Part shown: positions 28,792 through 36,231 of the stretch, one piece after another
Position numbering within the stretch: position 1 is the first letter of the stretch
How the letters are laid out: every line of letters begins with the position of its first letter
IMG/VR virus record: IMGVR_UViG_3300001352_002199
Span: 1 to 59,474 of that record
Strand: one strand, 5' to 3'
DNA length: 59,474 nucleotides
Source: a virus
Taxonomy: Duplodnaviria; Caudoviricetes
Position numbers and translations under genes: made by a program
The notes under the pieces: generated by a model
What the model was told of the DNA's origin: nothing
Seen by the model: the letters and a program-made list of their open reading frames with translations, nothing else
Databases searched by the model: none

Positions 28792-29442
28792 TTAAAATTG
28801 GAAGCTTAAAGCTGTACCAAATACAAATTCACGCTCAATATCATCAGAATCAATAAGATCTACAGACAGGCCAAGGTCAACTCCCGCTCCAATTTGACGA
28901 GTCAATCCACCTCCTACAGAATAATAGGTTCTATTGTTAGCTGTAGTTACTTCAGTGTTGCCAACGGAACCACGTACATTCAGAGAGGCAAAGGATAAAT
29001 CAAACGATTCAGAAAGCGAACCTTCAAATGTATATAAATCTTCGTCTACATTACGAAAAGCAGATAAAGTAGGATTACCGAATACATTTACCGATCCTGA
29101 TAGTTCAATTTCAGACAAAGCTTCACCAGCAACATCTTCGAAATGATTAAATCCGCCATAGATAGAAAGCAAACCTTCAGTAAAGTCTGTGCCCAAGCCA
29201 GCAGCAAAACGATAACTATCGACTCCTTCATCAATAGATTGATTGGTGCAAGCATGAAGCTTCGCATCTAATCCAAGTAATGCAGTTTCTAAATCAACTG
29301 CGGCTTGAACAGACTCAAGAGCTTTTTGCTCGCCTCTATAGAAAAAATCAGATGCATATCCAATTTTAGCAGAGTTTCCCGCAAAAGCGGCGTTAGTAAG
29401 AAGGCCTAAGGCCATCAATAGTGATGTTAGTTTTAGTTTCAT
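28792..29442 (-). CDS. outer-membrane beta-barrel protein (TorF/Gcw_chp-like putative porin)
   Basis: Sec signal peptide (AAFA), YASDFFYRG motif, alternating beta-strands, C-terminal SFQF (BAM signal). Confidence 0.8.
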   Translation of the reverse strand: MKLKLTSLLMALGLLTNAAFAGNSAKIGYASDFFYRGEQKALESVQAAVDLETALLGLDAKLHACTNQSIDEGVDSYRFAAGLGTDFTEGLLSIYGGFNHFEDVAGEALSEIELSGSVNVFGNPTLSAFRNVDEDLYTFEGSLSESFDLSFASLNVRGSVGNTEVTTANNRTYYSVGGGLTRQIGAGVDLGLSVDLIDSDDIEREFVFGTALSFQF

Positions 29443-29462
29443 AATAATTTATGGGTTAAAAT

Positions 29463-30128
29463 TTATTTTATTCTCACTTCTTTCCAAGTAACTAGCTTAC
29501 CTTTCACAAGATCTCTAATGTACCTTTGCTTTTTATTAAGCTGGCTATTACCACTCTTGACCTCAATGAAAGTAATTTCATCATCTCCGAAGGATATATA
29601 ATCAATCGGTTTACCAAGGAAAGTACAATTTTCGGGGTCAAAATCAAATTGATCTAAGAAGGGCGCTAGTGTTTCTGCTATATGTCCTAGACGAACTTCA
29701 CTACTTTTCTTTTGAGATGTAACTTTTTTACGGTTTGCAGTCTCTTCGGTTAAGCGTTGTTCTAGATCATTAAGTTCTTTTAAAAGTTTTTGCTCTTTAA
29801 AATCAAGTTCAAGTTTGCGTTCTTTTATTGATTCTTGTTCCCTGTTAAAGCTAGATTGTAATTTATCTATAGTTTGCTTGAAGTAGGATTCGCGTTCTTG
29901 AAATTGTGAGTAATTTTGGGTTAGTTGATTCCTTAGGTCTGTGTTTTGCTTCTCTAATGAATCGGCGTTAGATTGTTTTTCTTTAAGTTGAAAGTTAAGT
30001 TGGTTTTTAAGATTTTCGTTTTCTTTTTGTAATAAGTCTTTATTAGATTGTCGCTCTTTTAATTTAAAAATTGTATAACTTAGGTATATAATAAACCCAA
30101 GTAGGGCGATTTCTAATAAAAAATTCAA
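29463..30128 (-). CDS. membrane-anchored Holliday-junction-resolvase-like endonuclease (Endonuc_Holl)
   Basis: TM, coiled coil, then SEVRLGHIAETLAPF...FLGKPIDYISF...FIEVKSG. Confidence 0.85.
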   Translation of the reverse strand: MNFLLEIALLGFIIYLSYTIFKLKERQSNKDLLQKENENLKNQLNFQLKEKQSNADSLEKQNTDLRNQLTQNYSQFQERESYFKQTIDKLQSSFNREQESIKERKLELDFKEQKLLKELNDLEQRLTEETANRKKVTSQKKSSEVRLGHIAETLAPFLDQFDFDPENCTFLGKPIDYISFGDDEITFIEVKSGNSQLNKKQRYIRDLVKGKLVTWKEVRIK

Positions 30129-30131
30129 AAC

Positions 30132-30383
30132 TCACTTTTTTGTGATAGATAAAATGCGGTCATGTCGAAACGATCTCATTTGACCCCTAGCAAAACAGAA
30201 GGCTCTGAAGCCTACATTGTCTCTTTTGTCTCGCTTGTTTCCAAAAGAATTATATAAATTAATATTACCTATTTGATAGGTTTTAATTTTATTATGTTCA
30301 TTCTTGTAGACAATATAATATCTACGACAAAACAAACAATCAAATTTAGATTTAAATCGAGATAGTAAACTTTTAATCTTCAC
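30132..30383 (-). CDS. stand-alone WYL-like domain protein
   Basis: FRAFCFARGQMRSFRHDRI matches the WYL C-terminal AxCxxRxxxRxFRxDRI motif. Confidence 0.6.
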   Translation of the reverse strand: MKIKSLLSRFKSKFDCLFCRRYYIVYKNEHNKIKTYQIGNINLYNSFGNKRDKRDNVGFRAFCFARGQMRSFRHDRILSITKK

Positions 30384-30588
30384 TTAATAAACCTCTCTCT
30401 TCACATATAGCAACACTATATCCTACTTTGTAGTGGAATGTTTGAGCAAAATAAACGAGAGCCATAATAACATATGGTTGCCAAGTATAAAACCCTAAGC
30501 TGGAAAATAGCAAAAAAGCTACTACTCCAATGGGGCAAAATTTATTTAATGTATAATTTATAATTGAATTTAATTTATTTATATTCAT
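30373..30588 (-). CDS. small membrane protein
   Basis: 71 aa, two hydrophobic segments. Confidence 0.55.
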   Translation of the reverse strand: MNINKLNSIINYTLNKFCPIGVVAFLLFSSLGFYTWQPYVIMALVYFAQTFHYKVGYSVAICEERGLLSED

Positions 30589-31003
30589 ATTGTTCGACTT
30601 TTATTTTAGCTTGTTTTAATAATTGAATACCTTCGTCACTTCTATAGAAATCTTTATATACTACGCGAGATATACCTGATTGAATGATTAACTTAGCGCA
30701 GCCTAAGCATGGAGAGATGGTGATATACATTGTTGCTCCAACACTAGACTGTGTTGATTTAGCAAGCTTTGTAATAGCGTTACTCTCTGCATGTAAGACT
30801 TCATCTTTAGTTTTAAGATTACTATCATACTCGATTTCGCAAACATTGTCAAACCCTTTCGGTGTTCCGTTATATCCGTCCGATATAATTGCACCATCTT
30901 TAACGATAATACAACCAACTTTCTTACGTTTAGCGTAAGATAATTTAGACCATGTTTTACAAATGTCAAGATATGCTTCATCTAATTTAGATTGTGAAGC
31001 CAT
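30575..31003 (-). CDS. dCMP deaminase (ComEB-like)
   Basis: KVGC, GYNG, HAE, SPCLGC. Confidence 0.93.
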   Translation of the reverse strand: MASQSKLDEAYLDICKTWSKLSYAKRKKVGCIIVKDGAIISDGYNGTPKGFDNVCEIEYDSNLKTKDEVLHAESNAITKLAKSTQSSVGATMYITISPCLGCAKLIIQSGISRVVYKDFYRSDEGIQLLKQAKIKVEQYEYK

Positions 31004-31030
31004 TATACGACAAAAAAACTAAACTGTCAA
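31002..31030 (-). promoter_or_regulatory. consensus sigma70 promoter whose -10 overlaps the deaminase ATG
   Basis: TTGACA-N17-TATAAT(G). Confidence 0.6.
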
Positions 31031-31033
31031 GAA

Positions 31034-31240
31034 TTAATTTATAGAATCTGGATCCTCTGTTTCCATGATTACCACTTTTTTGGCATCAGGATCTGAGAAA
31101 TTTTTCAAAGAAGCTATTAATCCTTGAGCATGACTTTGAGCTTCACTAATAGTCCAATAGTTTTTAGGCCAAGCTCGGCGCCCATTTCTAGTAACAACAT
31201 AAAATGTTGGCTTACTTTCTTTTCCAATTAATTGATTCAT
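31034..31240 (-). CDS. hypothetical protein
   Basis: 68 aa; FYVVTRNGRR. Confidence 0.6.
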   Translation of the reverse strand: MNQLIGKESKPTFYVVTRNGRRAWPKNYWTISEAQSHAQGLIASLKNFSDPDAKKVVIMETEDPDSIN

Positions 31241-31364
31241 AATTTTTATCGTATTTATTTTTGGAGAAAGGACGAGTTTTATCTCCTTTTCCGTTTTGAT
31301 TAGTTTTTTTAATAGAGCAATTACCTGTTTGACATTTAGGCTTTCGCTTTACTGATGATGCCAT
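31212..31364 (-). CDS. small basic phage protein (GKGDK.RP...Y..NY..I family)
   Basis: Below cutoff; MASSVKRKPKCQTGNCSIKKTNQNGKGDKTRPFSKNKYDKNYESINWKRK*. Confidence 0.55.
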   Translation of the reverse strand: MASSVKRKPKCQTGNCSIKKTNQNGKGDKTRPFSKNKYDKNYESINWKRK

Positions 31365-31442
31365 ATCGATTTATTTAGTTTTATTTGTTTTAGTTTATAG
31401 TACCAATAAAATGGGAGAGCTAAAGAGTAGCCCATTGATAAG

Positions 31443-31471
31443 ATTATAATAAGAGAGCCCGAAAAAGTCCA
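31443..31471 (-). promoter_or_regulatory. sigma70-type promoter
   Basis: TGGACT-N17-TATAAT; ATG of a 21-aa ORF 7 nt downstream (31435). Confidence 0.55.
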
Positions 31472-31485
31472 GAAATTTGTAAAAA

Positions 31486-31980
31486 TTATTTTGAGTGCTT
31501 CTGCCATACTTGATGGTTTGGGATATTTAGCAAATCTTTAACTTTGATTTGCGTAATAGTTTCAAGAGTATCTTTTCTTCTAAATAACCTATACTTAGAG
31601 TTCCAAGGTTTATCAACATAAGGCAAGTCCCACCTTACTATCTGTGATTCATTCAAGAACTTTATCAAACCTTTCCTTGGAATAAAAATAAATTCTTTAG
31701 AGGTTTCAAAAATAACAAAATCAGACATACCATAAAGCCATCCTTTTCCTCCTTTAGAGTTTTCATATTCTATATATACCCAGTGGTTTGCATTTTTACC
31801 ATTTTTTTTCTTTAGATCTATGCGAACTTCGCTAGATTGACCACCTTTTTGACCTTCAAGTAAGAAGTCTACATTACCTTTTCGCTCGGAAAAGCTAGGC
31901 TTTTTGACTTTATATCCTTTTGACTCAGCGATTTCGATAAAAAGTTTTTTATAACTTTTAGTTTGTTTTTTCTCTGCCAT
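31486..31980 (-). CDS. PD-(D/E)XK-like nuclease-fold protein
   Basis: VDF...IDLK, WVYIEY.N..G.KGWLYG. Confidence 0.6.
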   Translation of the reverse strand: MAEKKQTKSYKKLFIEIAESKGYKVKKPSFSERKGNVDFLLEGQKGGQSSEVRIDLKKKNGKNANHWVYIEYENSKGGKGWLYGMSDFVIFETSKEFIFIPRKGLIKFLNESQIVRWDLPYVDKPWNSKYRLFRRKDTLETITQIKVKDLLNIPNHQVWQKHSK

Positions 31981-31985
31981 AAATT

Positions 31986-33068
31986 TTAAGAATCATACAA
32001 AGCATTAAATGCTCGAGATGCATCTTGAGATTTTTTATACTTGTTTTTTGTAATGGTAACAATTACTTCTTCGGTCACCTTGTCCTCATCCTCAGGCATT
32101 GTGTACTTAATAATAGCTTTATCTCTTTTGCGCACATCGCACTCCCATTTAATATTGTAATTGAAATCTGGGATAGGACCAGAAAGATACTCTGCGGAAA
32201 CATTAGAGCCTTCCTTATCTTTTTCTGACCACAAAAACACAGGAACAACACCCATCCAAGTCTCATGAAATGCCCCAATATTTACGATAGGTTCAACAAT
32301 CTCAGATCCAAAAGAGCCAGGATTTCTTTCGTCAGCTATGTTATAATAACTCAAGACCATGCCATTTCCAAATTTTTCATATAGATAAACATGAAAATAT
32401 TTAAATAAATTAACAGGATTCCAGAAACCTTTTTCTTCGTTTTGAATTACAATTCTTTTTTGAGTTTCTTTATTTAACTTTTTAAAGTTATCATGAAAAG
32501 ATTTAACTAAGCTGACAGCTGATTCATGACTTGTTGATTTTGGTTCAGAAAAAGGCTTAATTATTATGGGGTTGGAAGCATTAGAGGGGAAGCCTGCAGT
32601 CTCAAAAAACCAACTGTGAAAGTTTAATTCTTGAATAGCTCTATTTAAATTGACTTCATCTTCAGTAACTAAACTGTTGGACGAATCGGGATAAACAGAC
32701 AATGTAATGTTGTTTTGCCTAGCAATTACCCCAATAGATCTAATTTTGTTAAGGATGTTTGAATGATTTGGTAGCGAATCTATACTTAAGTTTAAACCAT
32801 TGGAAAAGTCGCAAATCAAACTAAAGATCGAAGAGCTAATTCTATAATGAGTTATACCAACTTTAGGCAAAAACTCGATTATATTCTCAGTTAAGTTTAA
32901 ATTATGTATAATTCTATTTGAAAGCTCTAGTAAGGCAGCTTCATCTCCTTGACTTTCTTTAATTCCAGAAAAAGTTTTTTGAGCGATACCTGAGAAGGTG
33001 TAGGAACCATCTTTTTGCTGCTCTTTTAGGAGTTCGGATAAACTAATTAGACCATACAGTACATTCAT
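31986..33068 (-). CDS. UvsE/UvdE-fold protein with degenerate active site
   Basis: HN...GITHYRISS, LSVYP, ELNFH, KRIVIQNEEK, TW...P.F..S framework of UV-damage endonuclease; metal-binding His/Glu replaced. Confidence 0.75.
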   Translation of the reverse strand: MNVLYGLISLSELLKEQQKDGSYTFSGIAQKTFSGIKESQGDEAALLELSNRIIHNLNLTENIIEFLPKVGITHYRISSSIFSLICDFSNGLNLSIDSLPNHSNILNKIRSIGVIARQNNITLSVYPDSSNSLVTEDEVNLNRAIQELNFHSWFFETAGFPSNASNPIIIKPFSEPKSTSHESAVSLVKSFHDNFKKLNKETQKRIVIQNEEKGFWNPVNLFKYFHVYLYEKFGNGMVLSYYNIADERNPGSFGSEIVEPIVNIGAFHETWMGVVPVFLWSEKDKEGSNVSAEYLSGPIPDFNYNIKWECDVRKRDKAIIKYTMPEDEDKVTEEVIVTITKNKYKKSQDASRAFNALYDS

Positions 33069-33078
33069 GTTAATGTAA

Positions 33079-33387
33079 TTACACTAAACTATCTGGGATC
33101 TCTTCTTTTTTTGGAGATTCTTGTATATCTTTTTCATTTGACTTAATTTCTGCAGAGCTTGAATCAGAGGATTCTGCATCTTTAGATACATAGAGAACAT
33201 AGTCTGGCTTCTTGTCGTTATCTTTGTAGCGATTTGGAAACATAACTACCTTCATTTTCTTCTTAACTCCAAGCTCATCGACTTCGATGCTACCTGAGAG
33301 ATATTTACCTTTAGCACTATCCCTAGTCCAAAAGGCTCCAATTTCGCGTTGTGACCAATCTGATTTTGTGTTTTGTTCTTCTAACAT
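33079..33387 (-). CDS. putative ssDNA-binding protein (DUF736-like)
   Basis: EIGAFW...GKYLSG.I...KPDY, acidic tail. Confidence 0.6.
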   Translation of the reverse strand: MLEEQNTKSDWSQREIGAFWTRDSAKGKYLSGSIEVDELGVKKKMKVVMFPNRYKDNDKKPDYVLYVSKDAESSDSSSAEIKSNEKDIQESPKKEEIPDSLV

Positions 33388-33404
33388 AATGTGTATATGA
33401 TTTT

Positions 33405-33716
33405 ATGGTTGTAATATATGATTCGACGTTAACTGAGCCACCTAGCTCAATTCATTGTTTTAGAGATGTAACTTTATTTGTTAAAGTTTTTTGTGGGAAA
33501 GATAATATTTTAATGTGCCCGAAGGGAACAAAAAGTAGTTATTGGAAATGGATAAAAAAATATGGAGCACATGATTTTGTTGAGCAATTAATAACGAAAG
33601 GGGAGGATCAGGATGGGCTTTTAGTTGGGAGTTTTGGAGATATTTCTTGCGATGTATTGAATGAATATAACTATGGTGAAATTTTAAATTCGATAAAAAG
33701 TAGATTATCGATTTGA
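33405..33716 (+). CDS. hypothetical protein
   Basis: 103 aa; GTGTA-N9-ATG upstream supports it as the real ORF here. Confidence 0.6.
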   Translation: MVVIYDSTLTEPPSSIHCFRDVTLFVKVFCGKDNILMCPKGTKSSYWKWIKKYGAHDFVEQLITKGEDQDGLLVGSFGDISCDVLNEYNYGEILNSIKSRLSI

Positions 33717-33783
33717 TTGTAAATGATTTAAATAAACATAAACAACCATACAATAAAAAATAAACAAATAAGTATCTAGCATG

Positions 33784-34320
33784 CTATCTAAACTTTGGTT
33801 GTAATAATCTCCACCTATCAGAATCTATCGGTTTACTGCCATTGTCTATAGCATACAACATTTCTATGATTTCGTCAAGAGAATTATAAATATATTTATG
33901 TGGAAGCATCCCCAGCATCCATAGTGGGGTTTTTGATTTACCACCTTCCATACTAATAAAGATAGGTTTTTTCATGCGCACAGCAGTAACAATCTCTTCT
34001 GCACTACCCCAACTAGCAACATCTGGAACTAAATGAGCGATAATAAAATCTGAGCGATCAACTAAATTAAGATCGTAAGCTCGAACCGTTTTCATTCTAT
34101 CAGTCACTCGATCATATTGCTTAGTCTTCATCCAAGTTTCCATTTCTTTACGAGAAGCTTCATCTTCTTCTACGTCTTTAATAAAAGGCTTCTTGTAAGG
34201 GTCAAAACATAGAATATCTAGAGGCTCTAGCTTTTCAGTAACTTCTTCGCGCCAATTTCGGCCACTAAGATACTGCATGTGACCAACGAGATAAGTTTTA
34301 GTTTTATACAGAAGATTCAT
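33784..34320 (-). CDS. nucleoside 2-deoxyribosyltransferase-like protein
   Basis: YLVGHM, WRE, FDP, DLNLVDRSD, GSAEE, KKP. Confidence 0.75.
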   Translation of the reverse strand: MNLLYKTKTYLVGHMQYLSGRNWREEVTEKLEPLDILCFDPYKKPFIKDVEEDEASRKEMETWMKTKQYDRVTDRMKTVRAYDLNLVDRSDFIIAHLVPDVASWGSAEEIVTAVRMKKPIFISMEGGKSKTPLWMLGMLPHKYIYNSLDEIIEMLYAIDNGSKPIDSDRWRLLQPKFR

Positions 34321-34329
34321 ATTCTGAAT

Positions 34330-34358
34330 ATATTAACAGAAATGAGATTGAATGTCAA
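34330..34358 (-). promoter_or_regulatory. sigma70-type promoter
   Basis: TTGACA-N17-TAATAT (TG extension); ATG 9 nt downstream. Confidence 0.7.
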
Positions 34359-34366
34359 CAAAAAAA

Positions 34367-34457
34367 TGGCGGAGAAGACAGGATTTGAACCTGCGGAGGA
34401 ATTAACTCCCTCAACGCTTTAGCAAAGCGCCGCCTTAAACCACTCAGCCACTTCTCC
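34367..34457 (-). tRNA. trnS: tRNA-Ser(GCT)
   Basis: GGAGAAG/CTTCTCC acceptor, GCGCT-TT-GCT-AA-AGCGT, long variable arm, TTCAAAT T-loop, GCCA end; 91 nt. Confidence 0.95.
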
Positions 34458-34470
34458 TTTTTTATTTAAA

Positions 34471-34869
34471 TGGTGGACGTGGCGGGAGTTGAACCCGCGT
34501 CTTTAAATCTTCAAGAGATACACATCTACAAGTTTAGTCGATTTTTTTTATAGTTATGATATCGACATCCAACTAAACATTTCAATTATTCACTCAAACT
34601 TGAGGCCCCCGAATACTCAGTGGTACAGTTTATAAAACGGATAAACTTTTATCTGTTTTGCAGATAGATGACCCCGCAATCCTTTTATCTGCGTCAAAGG
34701 TTACGAGGTAGCAGAGATTAGGCTGCTAGAGCAAGCTGACGCTTCTTAAAAGCGAAAGCTTTAACACGTGACTTATTGCCATGTAGTTTTTTGTGCCTTT
34801 TGAAGGAGCCAGGCACAACTCCTACTTGCAGTATACTGATTCAATTTAAATCAAATCCAGAACACGCCC
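34471..34869 (-). ncRNA. ssrA: tmRNA (ssrA), tag (A)GNKSRVKAFAFKKRQLALAA*
   Basis: 5' GGGCGTG pairs with 3' CACGTCC-ACCA with G3.U wobble; T-arm GCGGG-TTCAACT-CCCGC; tag ORF 34780..34718 ending ALAA. Confidence 0.93.
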
Positions 34870-34875
34870 ATAAAT

Positions 34876-34923
34876 TTATCAAAGAACTTGTATAGTATAC
34901 AGTAAAAAACAAAAAAAAGTAAA
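34876..34923 (-). promoter_or_regulatory. putative tmRNA/tRNA promoter with boxA-like element
   Basis: TTTACT-N18-TATACT then AAGTTCTTTGATAA just before the tmRNA. Confidence 0.5.
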
Positions 34924-34932
34924 GAAAAAAAA

Positions 34933-36231
34933 TTATAAAGGATGTCCCCATGCTAATATTTTAGGTCTTTCAGGAAAAAAACTTTCCCCATAAATATAAA
35001 ACCCTTCATCAGTAGGAGTTGACTCTGGGTCGGTATAATCTAAAGAGAAGGTTAGCTCTACAGTTTTAGCTTGACTATCTACGGAACTTTGGAAAGATTC
35101 TGTATCAAGTATAGCTTTTTTGAAATAAAAAGATAAGTGAGCATCTCTTTGATGTAAATTTCCGTCACATAAATCTAAGTTACAGATGTCATGTAATGAT
35201 ATAACAACGTTATGAAAATCTTTTTTACATAAATGATCAACTAAATTAGCCTCTTTTAATTCCGATAGATTAGCTACACACTTGACTTCTATTTTATTAG
35301 GAAACTGATACACTCTATTATATTCGTAAAAACTCCCTAATCTATTAATACGAATAGTGGGTAGTGGCACATTGAAGGTAAAACCTTGAATGTGAGCAGC
35401 TTTAATATTCTTTTTATTTTCTGACGATGTAGTTTCTGAAAGTAAACCAGAGTCATCTAGGGATATTTTAATACCAGCAGGCGAAACTCCAGGAGAATTG
35501 TTATGAAATAAAACTTCGTTAAACTGATTACCTATACCTGGGTAACTAAAACTATCAAAAGTGTCGGGTAGACTAAATTTGTAAGGGGAACAAGCAGATT
35601 GATTAGCTAAGTCAAGTGAAGGTAGGGGTAAATTTTCTACCCCTGAATCATGAGTACTAATATTAAAACCTTCATAAGATAATCTAGCTCTGGGCATAGA
35701 TCCAACTTCTGCAGTAAAGGCATATTGAGTTAAAAAAGCATTGCCTATACCAACAACCGAAACAGCAGGATTACTTTGGGATAAATCTGACCCTATAATA
35801 TCGTGCCCATCAGGACCTATGGCTATAAATATATTTTGACCAAATGGAATATTAGCTGAAAGAAAGTCATACAAGGCTAAAGTTACACCATCAACCTTGA
35901 GTCCAGAAACTAATTCATTGTATCCATCAGCAAAAAGATATTCAAAATTAATATAAACATCTGGCGTTCCAATAGGTACTGAACTAACTTTACCTGCTTG
36001 ACCATACTGATTTACGTCCACATTGTTAACTTTAAATCCATAATCTAAGGATTGTATTCTATGTAATTGACGAACAGAATTACCATCGACTGTAGACCAA
36101 TGTAGGTTGCGCCTGAGGCCGCCAGAATCGAAAGACGAACCATCATTAAAGTGGGGCTCAGTAGCCTGGGGGCTTATATAAACGAATTGATTTTGATAAT
36201 TAATTCTATGATGTTTAGTTTTATAACTCAT
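34933..36231 (-). CDS. putative virion structural protein (tail-tube-like)
   Basis: 432 aa beta-rich; RIQSLDYGF...DVNQYGQ, and a second pseudo-repeat IQGFTFNV...RLG, as in tail-tube folds; by-eye only. Confidence 0.5.
   Translation of the reverse strand: MSYKTKHHRINYQNQFVYISPQATEPHFNDGSSFDSGGLRRNLHWSTVDGNSVRQLHRIQSLDYGFKVNNVDVNQYGQAGKVSSVPIGTPDVYINFEYLFADGYNELVSGLKVDGVTLALYDFLSANIPFGQNIFIAIGPDGHDIIGSDLSQSNPAVSVVGIGNAFLTQYAFTAEVGSMPRARLSYEGFNISTHDSGVENLPLPSLDLANQSACSPYKFSLPDTFDSFSYPGIGNQFNEVLFHNNSPGVSPAGIKISLDDSGLLSETTSSENKKNIKAAHIQGFTFNVPLPTIRINRLGSFYEYNRVYQFPNKIEVKCVANLSELKEANLVDHLCKKDFHNVVISLHDICNLDLCDGNLHQRDAHLSFYFKKAILDTESFQSSVDSQAKTVELTFSLDYTDPESTPTDEGFYIYGESFFPERPKILAWGHPL

Noticed and set aside
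33705-33782. 25-aa hydrophobic ORF MLDTYLFIFYCMVVYVYLNHLQSNR as a toxin-like peptide
   Set aside because: Too short to support, overlaps a convergent gene end, and no antitoxin RNA evident.
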